From contig JAJZLT010000016.1 of NCBI GenBank assembly GCA_021803245.1, positions 1 through 63,098 on the forward strand: 63,098 nucleotides of DNA. The letters are read 5' to 3'. Below, in pieces: positions 45,561-55,131 of this stretch. The DNA comes from Candidatus Micrarchaeota archaeon. GTDB lineage: Archaea > Micrarchaeota > Micrarchaeia > Micrarchaeales > CABMGC01. Position numbers and translations under genes: made by a program. Within the stretch, counting starts at the first letter, position 1; each line of letters opens with the position of its first letter. Below the pieces are notes generated by a model. It saw only the letters and a list, made by a program, of their open reading frames with translations, did not search any database and was not told the origin of the DNA.

Positions 45561-47282
45561 CTACAGGGATATAAATGATCTGCTTTTGGATTCATCCAGT
45601 TTAAAGAATCCTCTCCCTTCAAGCTGGACTACGTCGCCAATGGTAAGTTTATCAACATATCCTTCTATAAACCCTACTGTTCTTTTTATGCTATCCTCAT
45701 TGAAGTTGTCGCCTGAAAGCAGATCCCCTATGTTGATAAGCACGCAGCTGCGGTAGTTGCCTTCGTTCAGCCAAACAATGCGCGTATAAGGTTCCTGAGG
45801 CTGCGCATACTCGGCTTCTATCGAGCCGTTGATTACTTTAGTCACTTTGACAGTAAAGAGATCCATCAGCTTGAGTATGGCGCCCTCCTTTACGCTTTCT
45901 GCTGAGGCTTCGTCTATCATGAAAACATTGTTTAGCAGATACTCCCTCTTTTCATGGTTTCCGCCTGTGTTCGCTTCCATGCTGACCTTTTTATTCTCTT
46001 CAGGTATGGACTTCACAATCAGGCTTATGGGCTTCTCCACGAAGAAGAGCCTCTTTGCGTTTTTCTCTATGAGCCTGCGATTTATGCTCAACAGCGCCTC
46101 TATGCTTGAGACGCTCTCCGACTTTCCCATGCCAAAGCTAAGCGCAAACTCCCTGATGGCTTCTGGCTTTACGCCTCTCTTTCTCAGGGCAGCTATTGTC
46201 GCAAGTCTTACGTCATCGAAACCGGATATGCGCCCATCTTTTATCATTTCCCTTATCTCCCTCTTTGAGGTAACGTTGTTTGCTATCTCTACTATTGCGA
46301 AGCTGGTTATTCTCGGCTTCCTGAGGCCAAGGGCATCAAGAATAGCGTAGTATAGATTGTCCCTCATCTCATACCGCTTGTCCCTGAGGGTGTCTGTTAT
46401 TCCGTTTATTGAATCCATGATTGGAGTGCAGAAGTCGTATGTAGGCCAGACAGAATACTTGTCTCCCTGGCGGTAATGCCAGGCTTTCTTTATCCTGAAA
46501 AGGGTGGGATCGCGCATCGTGGTATTTATCGCTTTCATATCTGAGTTGAAACGCAGTATTGCTTCGTTCTCATTGAATTCCTTTTTCATCATCTTGTTCC
46601 AGAGCTCCGCGTTCGTGCTTACTTTCTGCGCCTTGTGCTCGCATGGTATTCCGGATGCCCTGCCTTCCTTTATCTTATCCCCATTGCATAAGCACACATA
46701 TGCTTTGCCACCATCAATCATGGCCTGTGCGTAGTTGTACAGCATAGGTATGCTATCGCTCGCGTAGTATTCCTTGTCGAATTTGACTCCGAGCCACTCC
46801 AGGTCCACTTTGATCGCATCTACAAACTCCTGTTTTTCATTCTCGGCGTTTGTATCGTCAAAGTAAAGCAGCAGTTTCCCTTCGTAGATGCTCCTGAGCG
46901 TGTCTTCTATAAATATTGCTTTGGCATGGCCGAGGTGCAGGTAGCCGCCTGGTTCCGGAGGAAACCGGGTAATGAATTTGCCTTTTTCTGCTCCTGGTAT
47001 CGAGAAGTTATGCTTTGACGAACTCTCCGCCTTTGCCTGCCTTTCGGCTTCAAACTCTTCCATGTAGGAGCTCGCTTCGCGCGCTATCCCTTCTTTGCCC
47101 AGCATGTTTACTTCTTCAACGATCCTCCCGACTTCCTCAGAGAGCATTTGCCTTTCATTTTTGAGTTCGGGAAATTTTGACAGTATCTTTCCAATCACAG
47201 CGCCTGCGTGCGCGGCGCCGTAGTCTGATGCATTTTTTAATGCTATCTTCCTTATTTCACGCCTTAGCGCCTCGCTTTCCAT
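45561..47282 (-). CDS. gltX: Glutamyl-tRNA synthetase (archaeal type)
   Basis: RFPPEPGGYLHLGHAKA (HIGH region), a class I catalytic core and archaeal-type length. Confidence 0.9.
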   Translation of the reverse strand: MESEALRREIRKIALKNASDYGAAHAGAVIGKILSKFPELKNERQMLSEEVGRIVEEVNMLGKEGIAREASSYMEEFEAERQAKAESSSKHNFSIPGAEKGKFITRFPPEPGGYLHLGHAKAIFIEDTLRSIYEGKLLLYFDDTNAENEKQEFVDAIKVDLEWLGVKFDKEYYASDSIPMLYNYAQAMIDGGKAYVCLCNGDKIKEGRASGIPCEHKAQKVSTNAELWNKMMKKEFNENEAILRFNSDMKAINTTMRDPTLFRIKKAWHYRQGDKYSVWPTYDFCTPIMDSINGITDTLRDKRYEMRDNLYYAILDALGLRKPRITSFAIVEIANNVTSKREIREMIKDGRISGFDDVRLATIAALRKRGVKPEAIREFALSFGMGKSESVSSIEALLSINRRLIEKNAKRLFFVEKPISLIVKSIPEENKKVSMEANTGGNHEKREYLLNNVFMIDEASAESVKEGAILKLMDLFTVKVTKVINGSIEAEYAQPQEPYTRIVWLNEGNYRSCVLINIGDLLSGDNFNEDSIKRTVGFIEGYVDKLTIGDVVQLEGRGFFKLDESKSRSFISL

Positions 47283-47288
47283 CTTTAT

Positions 47289-47903
47289 TCAGCCTTTGAG
47301 AAGTTTCATGCTGTATATGGAGCCATTCTGCGTAACCAGCGCAAGTATCCTGACGCTTATGCTGTTGGAGGGGCTGGAATTAAGCTGCTGGAGCACTGTC
47401 CCCTTTCTGAAGCTTGCAGGAACAAGAAGGTTATAACTTTGTGAATTTATTACAAGGCTTATCGTAGGCGGAACTGTGACTATCGCGCCGCCGTAGAACT
47501 TCGTGCAGTTAAAATAAGCCTGGCCCATGTTTTTGGCCATGTATCCGTAGAGCTGCTGGCCGGTCATATTCCCGGATTGCGAAAGCGCCAGCAGTATGGA
47601 ACTTGAATTGACAGAGGAATAGAATAGGGTGTCGTTGTCAGAGAGCGGCGCTACTGCAGCTTTGACTGCATTTATTGCAGGAATGGCATTTGGCGTGCAT
47701 ACGGAAGTCGCCAGAAGCGTATAGTTGTATCCGATTACAACAGTATTTGCATTGCCTGAAGCATACGTTGTTTGCGGAACAGTGGTGGTCGACGCCACAG
47801 TAGTTGTGGCTGAGCCTGTGCCTCCGAATGCCGCGTATGAAGTAAGGAAGGCTACGGCTAAAAAGAGGAGCACTATGAATTCTATTGCGCGTTTTTTGTC
47901 CAT
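47289..47903 (-). CDS. Secreted/surface protein with a class III (type IV pilin-like) signal-peptide-like N-terminus
   Basis: MDKKRAIEFIVLLFLAVAFL, followed by a T/S-rich linker (TGSATTTVASTTTVPQTT) and several N-x-S/T sequons. ATG at 47903 is preferred. Confidence 0.5.
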   Translation of the reverse strand: MDKKRAIEFIVLLFLAVAFLTSYAAFGGTGSATTTVASTTTVPQTTYASGNANTVVIGYNYTLLATSVCTPNAIPAINAVKAAVAPLSDNDTLFYSSVNSSSILLALSQSGNMTGQQLYGYMAKNMGQAYFNCTKFYGGAIVTVPPTISLVINSQSYNLLVPASFRKGTVLQQLNSSPSNSISVRILALVTQNGSIYSMKLLKG

Positions 47904-48044
47904 CGTAAACACATCCGAACCAGGAAAGCTGCTTTCCACTAAGATAGAAACATATAAATTACAGAGCAAACTTAGATAAATGTATTTTTAAGATATTATT
48001 CGGTTATTCCATACTTTAAAACTTTCTATTTGAGACGTGATTAA

Positions 48045-48740
48045 ATGAGTTTCAGCGATGGAGATTTCGTAAAGATACAGTACAATTTATGGAGGGCTTC
48101 GGACGGCGAGCTTATACAGACAACAGACAGAAAATTGGCTGAGGAAAAGGGAATATACAAAGAAGACAGGAAATACACGCCGCAACTGGTAGTTGTAGGA
48201 AAAGGAAACCTGCTAAAAAGCATTGATGCTGTGCTGAAAGAGATGAAGATAGGCGAGGAAAAGAAGGTAGAACTTGAAGCCAAAGATGCTTATGGGGAGA
48301 GAAGCAAGGACCTTGTGCAGGTAATGCCTCTTTCTGAGTTCAGGAAGAGAGATATGGATCCTTATCCAGGCATGCAGGTAGACCTTGATGGAACTATAGC
48401 GACAGTAGTGAGCGTCAACTCTAGCCGCGTTATGGTAGATGCAAATCACCCGCTTGCAGGACAAAAGCTTGCTTACGAGATAAAAGTTGTAGAAAAGGTA
48501 GAAAAGGAGGGCGAGAAAATCAAGGCGTTGGCTGAATCATACGATCTTTCTGCAGAAGGCGTTGAGGCATCTTCAGGGACGGTAAAAGTAAGATTCGGCG
48601 CAGAAATTAAAAAGGATGCCGATTATTTCTTGAACAAATCAAGGTTCACTGCAGCAGTTATGGAGTATATGCCTGAAGTGAAGAAGGTAGTGGTGGAAGA
48701 GGAGTACGCAAGGGAGAAATCCGAAAACAGCAAAGATTAG
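48045..48740 (+). CDS. FKBP-type peptidyl-prolyl cis-trans isomerase (long archaeal SlyD/FKBP26-like)
   Basis: GDFVKIQYNLW ... VVVGKGNLLKSIDAVLKEMKIGEEK ... NHPLAGQKLAYEIKV. Confidence 0.85.
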   Translation: MSFSDGDFVKIQYNLWRASDGELIQTTDRKLAEEKGIYKEDRKYTPQLVVVGKGNLLKSIDAVLKEMKIGEEKKVELEAKDAYGERSKDLVQVMPLSEFRKRDMDPYPGMQVDLDGTIATVVSVNSSRVMVDANHPLAGQKLAYEIKVVEKVEKEGEKIKALAESYDLSAEGVEASSGTVKVRFGAEIKKDADYFLNKSRFTAAVMEYMPEVKKVVVEEEYAREKSENSKD

Positions 48741-48760
48741 AAGCGTAAAGTAAAGCAGCT

Positions 48761-48949
48761 TCAGTCGTTTATGTTAAGGGCGTATGTCCCATTTACCTTG
48801 ATATCTAGCTTCTTTGCGAGTTCTGATTTTTCATAGTCAAGGATTACTATATAGCCATTCCATTTGGATGTAAGGTCGGACTTGCCGCAGATAGGGCAGA
48901 CATCCCCCTGCGCTATTATTACCCTGCAAGCTCTGCACGCTTTTTCCAT
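48761..48949 (-). CDS. spt4: Transcription elongation factor Spt4 / RNA polymerase subunit E''
   Basis: CRACRVIIAQGDVCPICG zinc ribbon, then WNGYIVILD. Conserved position downstream of rpoE'. Confidence 0.85.
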   Translation of the reverse strand: MEKACRACRVIIAQGDVCPICGKSDLTSKWNGYIVILDYEKSELAKKLDIKVNGTYALNIND

Positions 48950-48962
48950 ATATACTACCTAT

Positions 48963-49550
48963 TCACTTCCTCCTTGGCCCGCGTTTTTCCTGAGGTTTCT
49001 TGGCAGGGACCTTTGGCTCTTTTAGCCACTCTGGCTTTCCAAGGCCCTCTGGCCTCATTGTAAGCGCTATCTTTGTATCCTTTATGTTGTTCTTCATGCT
49101 TACTGTTGAAACTTTTGCATAGACATTGTCCCCCTTCTTCAAGCTTCTTCCGGTATTCCTCAGCACGAACATTGCGGATTTCCTGTCGTAATTTATGAAA
49201 TCGTTCGTTATCTGCGAAAGATGCACAAGGCCATCGAGCGGTCCCAGCCTTACGAAGGCGCCGAATTCAACCAGCTCGGAAACTTCTCCTTCGACTACTT
49301 CATTAACCTCAAGATTGAATGCAAGCACGTCAAACCGCACGTCATGGTGGGTAGACGGGTCTCCAGGCAGGATCACTCCGTCACTTATGTCACGGATGTT
49401 GAAGACTGATAGTATCACGCCTATATCCTTGTCCAGCGTCCTCTCGTACTTGCTCTTGAGTATCCCGTATGCAGCTTCATTGAGATCCTCTCCGAAATGG
49501 CTGGGAGGCAAGCTTATTGTATCCTTTACGCTGTATATGTAGTACAACAT
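48963..49550 (-). CDS. rpoE1: DNA-directed RNA polymerase subunit E' (Rpo7) with S1 domain
   Basis: GEVSELVEFGAFVRLGPLDGLVHLSQI (S1 domain) and a typical N-terminal Rpb7-like domain. Confidence 0.9.
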   Translation of the reverse strand: MLYYIYSVKDTISLPPSHFGEDLNEAAYGILKSKYERTLDKDIGVILSVFNIRDISDGVILPGDPSTHHDVRFDVLAFNLEVNEVVEGEVSELVEFGAFVRLGPLDGLVHLSQITNDFINYDRKSAMFVLRNTGRSLKKGDNVYAKVSTVSMKNNIKDTKIALTMRPEGLGKPEWLKEPKVPAKKPQEKRGPRRK

Positions 49551-49600
49551 TTCACCCTAATAAATAGCATTATATTATTGTGACTAGAATTTATAAAACT

Positions 49601-49972
49601 TTACTTAATGTATCCCTGTATGCTAAGACTGAACGTTTTTATCCCTTTTTCCTTCAGTTTCCTCCTTAATGCAGTATCATTGGTGCAGACGTCGAATTTA
49701 AGCGTAAAAGCCTTCCTTAGTATCCAGGAATCGACATATCCCTGGCCATCCTCAACTTCTATGCCATGCTTCCTGATTAACTCCAGGCCGGCCCTGGCAT
49801 ATTTTGCGTATCTTCCTCTGCTTGAACCTATTCCTTTAAGCTCGTTGACTACGCCTTCGGACACGACCGGCTTGTATGAAGGCTCATATGCAAGTATTGC
49901 ATTGAAGACGTCAGATCGGTGGGAGAGTCCGAATATTATAGAGCTCGTATCCACTATGATGAACTGCGGCAT
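49601..49972 (-). CDS. PIN-domain protein (Fcf1-like, COG1412 type)
   Basis: IVDTSSII with an N-terminal acidic residue, CTNDTALRRKLK, and the conserved archaeal neighbourhood with rpoE'-spt4. Confidence 0.75.
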   Translation of the reverse strand: MPQFIIVDTSSIIFGLSHRSDVFNAILAYEPSYKPVVSEGVVNELKGIGSSRGRYAKYARAGLELIRKHGIEVEDGQGYVDSWILRKAFTLKFDVCTNDTALRRKLKEKGIKTFSLSIQGYIK

Positions 49973-50043
49973 AGGTTTATATAAGCTTAATTAAATATAA
50001 AAAATGGTAAATTAAGCTTAGCTTCAGGAATCTGGTTTATTTG

Positions 50044-50913
50044 ATGTTTACTCTATGGCACTTTATAGTATCGGTAATTTTGGGCCTAGTCCAGGGCATT
50101 TCCGAGTGGCTGCCAGTTAGCAGCAAGACGCAGGTGCTCCTCGCATCCTCTTATTTATTGCACCTTACGTATTCTCAGGCTTATACTTTTGGACTCTTTA
50201 TGGAGATAGGCACTGTCTTTGCCGCCATAGTATACTTCAGGAAAGAGATATGGTCATTGATACGCGTCATACTGCTTAGAGGCACAGAACACGAAAAGAA
50301 ATTGTTTGTATACGTGCTCCTGGCAACGGTAATGACCGGCATAATAGGCGCTCCCCTTTATCTCTTTGCAGATTCTTTGAAGGCAATACCGCTGTACCTT
50401 CCCATGATAATAATAGGCATCGTGCTTATAGCTGATGCTTTCTTCATAAGGCATTCGCGCCGCAGGCAGCGGGAGGGATACAACACCAGGAAGTTCGAAA
50501 ATCTGGGCCTGAAGGATTACATAATAATAGGCATTATGCAGGGCATTGCGGCCCTGCCGGGTGTCAGCAGGTCCGGAATAACTACAAGCACCATGTTTCT
50601 AATGAAAATAGAGCCTGATGAGGCATTCAGGCTCTCTTTCCTGATAGGCATCTTCGCCTCCGTAGCTGCATTCGGACTGACTGTTATCGTAAGCCACCAG
50701 AACGTATCTGCTGCGCTTGCCGGAATAGGGCTCGCAGGAATTGCAGTGGCGATAGTTGTTTCCGCAATCTTCAGCATCTTCTTCATAGATTTCCTGATAA
50801 AGATAGCAGGCAGGTCCAGGATAGTTTATCTTGTTGCTGCACTCGGAATCCTTGCAATCGCAAGCGGGATAATGCTGGCCTTTGTGCCTGCCTGGGCTGC
50901 TGCGGCATCTTGA
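50044..50913 (+). CDS. uppP: Undecaprenyl-diphosphate phosphatase (BacA/UppP)
   Basis: GLVQGISEWLPVSSKTQ and PGVSRSGITTS. Confidence 0.9.
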   Translation: MFTLWHFIVSVILGLVQGISEWLPVSSKTQVLLASSYLLHLTYSQAYTFGLFMEIGTVFAAIVYFRKEIWSLIRVILLRGTEHEKKLFVYVLLATVMTGIIGAPLYLFADSLKAIPLYLPMIIIGIVLIADAFFIRHSRRRQREGYNTRKFENLGLKDYIIIGIMQGIAALPGVSRSGITTSTMFLMKIEPDEAFRLSFLIGIFASVAAFGLTVIVSHQNVSAALAGIGLAGIAVAIVVSAIFSIFFIDFLIKIAGRSRIVYLVAALGILAIASGIMLAFVPAWAAAAS

Positions 50914-51040
50914 CTTTGCTGCATTTACAGACCATTTGTCCCTGACTGGGAAAGGGTTATATTTGTATTACTGCAGACTTTATACAGGAGTGCGGATCTT
51001 GCCATAATTACCTTTGTTATGCGCTAACGATTAACAGGGC

Positions 51041-51454
51041 ATGTTTAGTATGGAAATGGATATGTATGCTGAGACCCTCATTGAAGCTTATGAGCACCCA
51101 CAGAATAAGGGTGCCCTTGAAAAGCCGGCAGTTTCAATGGATGAGGAGAACATCTCATGCGGTGACAAGATAACCGTTTATTTGGAGGTAGACGCCGGGC
51201 GCATAAAGGAAATAAAATTCCAGGGTTCAGGATGCATCATCTCGATGGCTTCTGCTGAGCTGCTTATAGACGAGCTCAGGGGAAAAACCCTGGGCGATGT
51301 AAAATCGATGACAAAAGAAGACCTGCTAAAGATAATAAATATAGATCCTGGGCCGGTAAGGATGCACTGCGCTACTCTTGCGCTGCGCGCAATTAAAAAA
51401 GCCGTTTTCGCATATCTTCATGAGCCGCTGGACTCTTCCACGAAGGAACTTTAG
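51041..51454 (+). CDS. IscU/SufU-type Fe-S cluster scaffold protein
   Basis: HPQNKG, NISCGDKITVYL, GSGCIISMASA and HCATLALRAIKKA. Confidence 0.8.
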   Translation: MFSMEMDMYAETLIEAYEHPQNKGALEKPAVSMDEENISCGDKITVYLEVDAGRIKEIKFQGSGCIISMASAELLIDELRGKTLGDVKSMTKEDLLKIINIDPGPVRMHCATLALRAIKKAVFAYLHEPLDSSTKEL

Positions 51455-51457
51455 GCT

Positions 51458-52171
51458 CTATTCGATCTTTATCTCAATTCTCTTCCTGTGCGCGCCCTTG
51501 TTCTCAAAGCTGCTCAGCTTTATGGCCCCTATTTCGCTCGTATTCCTTACATGGGTGCCTCCGTCAGCCTGCAGATCGACTCCCTCTATCTCGACTATGC
51601 GGATATTTGCAAGGCTCTTAACCAGCTCCTCTCCGGGCTGTGTCCTGACCAGACCTGGAAAGGATGCCGCCTCTTCTTTCGCAAGCAGCCTTGAAGTCAC
51701 CGCATGCCCCTCATCTATTATAGACTGCGTTTCTTCCACGATCTTGATGCCCAATTCGCGGTTGAGCTGCGGAAAATCAAAGTCTATGTGGGCTTTGTCA
51801 GGATAGAGCATGTTTCCGGTAGACTTCCCCCCGTATTTTTTAAGCACAAGAGAGCTTAGTATGTGGATTGTTGTGTGGTATTTCATGAGCGAATATCTTC
51901 TTTTCCAATCTATCTTCCCGATTGCCCTGCCGCCCGGCTTTATGTCTCCGCTTTTATCTAGTATATGCACGATGTCGTCTCCTGATTTCCTTACATCGTC
52001 GACTTTGTAAGGCATGCCGTCCACTAAAAGCTCTCCAGTGTCATTGGCCTGGCCGCCGCCTGTTGGATAGAATGCAGTTTTGTCAAGAACTACGCCCTCG
52101 GGGCCCGCGCTGACTACGCTTGCCTCGAAGTCCTTTATATATGCATCTTTCCAGTACAATCTCTCCGTCAT
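51458..52171 (-). CDS. alaX: Alanyl-tRNA editing protein AlaX (AlaX-M type)
   Basis: TAFYPTGGGQANDTG, HTTIHIL and DGGTHV. Confidence 0.85.
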   Translation of the reverse strand: MTERLYWKDAYIKDFEASVVSAGPEGVVLDKTAFYPTGGGQANDTGELLVDGMPYKVDDVRKSGDDIVHILDKSGDIKPGGRAIGKIDWKRRYSLMKYHTTIHILSSLVLKKYGGKSTGNMLYPDKAHIDFDFPQLNRELGIKIVEETQSIIDEGHAVTSRLLAKEEAASFPGLVRTQPGEELVKSLANIRIVEIEGVDLQADGGTHVRNTSEIGAIKLSSFENKGAHRKRIEIKIE

Positions 52172-52445
52172 GGAATCACGCGAAATGAAAATCAGAGACT
52201 CTCTTTTTCATCACAATTCAGAAATACCTCGTCTCATCATCTTAGTAATAATGTATTGGCATAGCTATTAACTTTTCCGGCTAGTCTGCACAGAACAGGA
52301 ACGAGCAGGCAGCATGCAGGCATGGCTATTATCCTTTCACTTCTGCCTGTCCTGCCGGTAGTGAGAATAATAGCAGGATTTCTCTTTGCGCAAAGGCGCA
52401 TATAATAGCATGTTGCGCTGCCTGCGGCGCGTGCTCGGATATTGT

Positions 52446-53657
52446 TCAGCGGTTCGCGAGGCTTTTCTGGTAAATCAGGTGTTTGAGCAGCGTGCTGTTC
52501 TTTATCCATGCATTAACAGGTATATCCATCTTCTTTGAGACGTAGTTGAGAACGCCCTGCAGGCTCTCCATTACCATCGGCTCCCTTTTCAGTGCCTGCC
52601 TTACATGCTCCCTGACGTTCCATACGCCGACAGGCATTATATAGCCGGAGTGCACCTCGCGCAGTATCAGGACCTTCGCCTGCCTCTTGAGCTTTTCAAG
52701 AAGCTCGCCGACTGCGAGCCTCGCCGCATAGTAGCATCCGCCTATCTCGGCATAGGTCTTCCTGCCAGTGTAAGGTTCATAGGATGCGCCCATGTCTATG
52801 GTGGTGCTGTCAAGGTTCCACGTAGTATTCGGATACCATGCCTCTATAGACTCGTACTCCCACGAACCAGGCACCATTATTATCAGCCATCTGTTGTCAA
52901 GGGCGAGATTCTCAAACACCCGTATCGCATCTACCTCAGGATAGCTCTTTATGGACTCCAGCTTGTGCTTTGACAATGTATCATCAGTTGCAGTTATGCT
53001 CCATCTTGTCGGTACGAATTTTCTTCTGCCTCCTTTACCCAGCAGGCCCGCGGCAAGAGCTTTCTGTATCTTGGAGACCACCAGGCCTTTTTCGTAAAGC
53101 TCTATTATCGCATTGCTTGCTCCCAGATCCGTATCCAGATATGCGCTTTCAATATCCCTGTCTGCGCGCACGTTTCCCAGATTCATAGATGTAAGCTTGG
53201 CGCTTGGTCCGAAAGGCTGGCTATGCTCATCGAAGCTCACCCGTGATTCAGGCTTTTTGGACAGCCGCACATCCACTTCGGTGAACTTCTCCGCCAGTGC
53301 TATCTCCTTCACCATCTCTTCGATGCGGCCATTGTCCACATTGTTTATTCTTGTGAGATGCATGCCGCGTATGAGCATTGAACGCATCTCGACTATTTCA
53401 GGTATTGTTTTTCCGACCCACTTCTCGGGCATGCCCATAAAGGAGGTATCGCCTATTCTTGGCGGCACTAGCGGGCCTATGTACACATTGGGATATCCGT
53501 ACCTGCCCACAAAAATATCCGGCGGTGATGAACCGTAAAGCTCATTGCCCTTTATCAGCTCAACCGCTTTTGACCGGTAATAGCGCTTGAGGAATTTTGA
53601 ATCGCGCATATTCCTGTAGACGGAATACGAGCTTACGATATCATAAGGCTGCTGCAT
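52446..53657 (-). CDS. nreA: Archaeal Nre-family DNA repair protein
   Basis: SPPDIFVGRYGYPNVYIGPLVPP and GGCYYAARLAV are characteristic of NreA. Confidence 0.8.
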   Translation of the reverse strand: MQQPYDIVSSYSVYRNMRDSKFLKRYYRSKAVELIKGNELYGSSPPDIFVGRYGYPNVYIGPLVPPRIGDTSFMGMPEKWVGKTIPEIVEMRSMLIRGMHLTRINNVDNGRIEEMVKEIALAEKFTEVDVRLSKKPESRVSFDEHSQPFGPSAKLTSMNLGNVRADRDIESAYLDTDLGASNAIIELYEKGLVVSKIQKALAAGLLGKGGRRKFVPTRWSITATDDTLSKHKLESIKSYPEVDAIRVFENLALDNRWLIIMVPGSWEYESIEAWYPNTTWNLDSTTIDMGASYEPYTGRKTYAEIGGCYYAARLAVGELLEKLKRQAKVLILREVHSGYIMPVGVWNVREHVRQALKREPMVMESLQGVLNYVSKKMDIPVNAWIKNSTLLKHLIYQKSLANR

Positions 53658-53837
53658 GCATGGAACTTAGATTATGAACTTTATAAAAGTTGGCAGACAA
53701 GTCGTTTGTTGCGATATAACCCTTGAAGTACACACTGCCATCTTTATCTCGCTGCCCCGCGTACACGAAATAGGATGCATTGCTTTTGGCCCATGTACGC
53801 AAAAGCCTTTTCACTGGAAGTTTTTATCACGCGGAAG

Positions 53838-54437
53838 CTACTTTATGAGATCGGACAGCAGCTCATACGCCTTCAGCGTATCGCTTCTGCTTATCACAAG
53901 TATTGTCTGGGTATAGCAGGATATCAGTTCAATGAGGTTTATGTCGTGCTCAGCAAAGAGCGATGTCACAAATGCCATTACTCCGGAAACGCTTTCTATC
54001 TTCTCAGCCGAATTTATTATTATCGCAGAGCAGTTTTCATATGACTTGATTATGCTCTGCCTCTGCTTCTGCCCAAGAGCATGTGCCCTGTTCTTTTCGG
54101 TAAGGTAAACATAGTAGGATTCTATCTTTACCTTAGCCGTATTCTGTATCTCCAGATCTGCGTTTGTTATGAGTACAGCTATGCCCTCCAGCAGGGTAAG
54201 GGTATTGTACTTTAACACCGACATTGCGCGCATCTCTATATTCTGCCTGTTCTTCTTTATTGTTTCAAAGTATCTTCTTATGGCAGCCTTTACGGCCAGA
54301 TAGTCCTTTATGCCAAGCTCCCTTGCTATTATGCGGGCCATTGCACTCTGATTGGCTACTCCGTTCTCCAGCGCCTCGAGCAGATATGGCTTGTTCTTGA
54401 GATACAAGCGCACGACATTCGCTATTGACATGAGCAT
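53838..54437 (-). CDS. HTH plus ACT-domain putative amino-acid-responsive regulator
   Basis: N-terminal NQSAMARIIARELGIKDYLAVKAAIRRY. C-terminal ACT-like GVMAFVTSLFAEHDINLIELISCYTQTILVI. Confidence 0.5.
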   Translation of the reverse strand: MLMSIANVVRLYLKNKPYLLEALENGVANQSAMARIIARELGIKDYLAVKAAIRRYFETIKKNRQNIEMRAMSVLKYNTLTLLEGIAVLITNADLEIQNTAKVKIESYYVYLTEKNRAHALGQKQRQSIIKSYENCSAIIINSAEKIESVSGVMAFVTSLFAEHDINLIELISCYTQTILVISRSDTLKAYELLSDLIK

Positions 54438-54540
54438 ATTTGCAAACTAAAGTATAAAAATGTATCATTTAGGACTCTTAAGGCACAAATTGTACCAAAT
54501 ATGTCGCAATATTTATATATAAAAAGAGCGCATTTTGAAT

Positions 54541-55122
54541 ATGAGAAATATGTTGGCTCAGATTGAAACGGCGAAAAAACCGCTTGAAGCATATGCCGTA
54601 ACAGCCGCGCATAAGAAAGACCTGGCAGGAATACTGCGGCTAGTCAACGGAGAGGCGGAAAAATCCGGAGCTGTGCTTGGAGTTACAAAGAGAGAGGTAA
54701 AGGCATGGATACGTGGAAGGAAGCTCTTTGGGATTAAAAATAGGGGGCTCTCGTTTGTTGCGAAGACACCTGACGGCACCGTAATAGGCCACCAGGCCAT
54801 GCATGTATGGCCCGAAAGCGGATGGTGGGAGCACAGGGCAGTGGTAACCGCCGAAGCTTACCGATCAAATGGAGTGAATGCCTCTATCACTGCTGCACTA
54901 ATGGCAAAAGTAGCCGAGAAGGACCCTGATTCTACCATTGTATCCTTGAAGAATTCAGCATCTAACGGGCGGAGGATACTGGACCAGCTTGGTTTTACAA
55001 GAGTCGATGACCACTCCAAGATTCCCAGCGAGATATTCTCAATAGGCACAGGAGGGAAATGGGAGGTTTTTACTGCGGCAGCACGTGACGTAAAGGAGAA
55101 TCTGACTAAACTGAAGCATTAA
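54541..55122 (+). CDS. GNAT-family N-acetyltransferase
   Basis: VIGHQAMHVW ... HRAVVTAEAYRSNGVNASITAAL ... GRRILDQLGF is a GNAT-like motif A region. Confidence 0.6.
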   Translation: MRNMLAQIETAKKPLEAYAVTAAHKKDLAGILRLVNGEAEKSGAVLGVTKREVKAWIRGRKLFGIKNRGLSFVAKTPDGTVIGHQAMHVWPESGWWEHRAVVTAEAYRSNGVNASITAALMAKVAEKDPDSTIVSLKNSASNGRRILDQLGFTRVDDHSKIPSEIFSIGTGGKWEVFTAAARDVKENLTKLKH

Positions 55123-55131
55123 AAGACCGAA

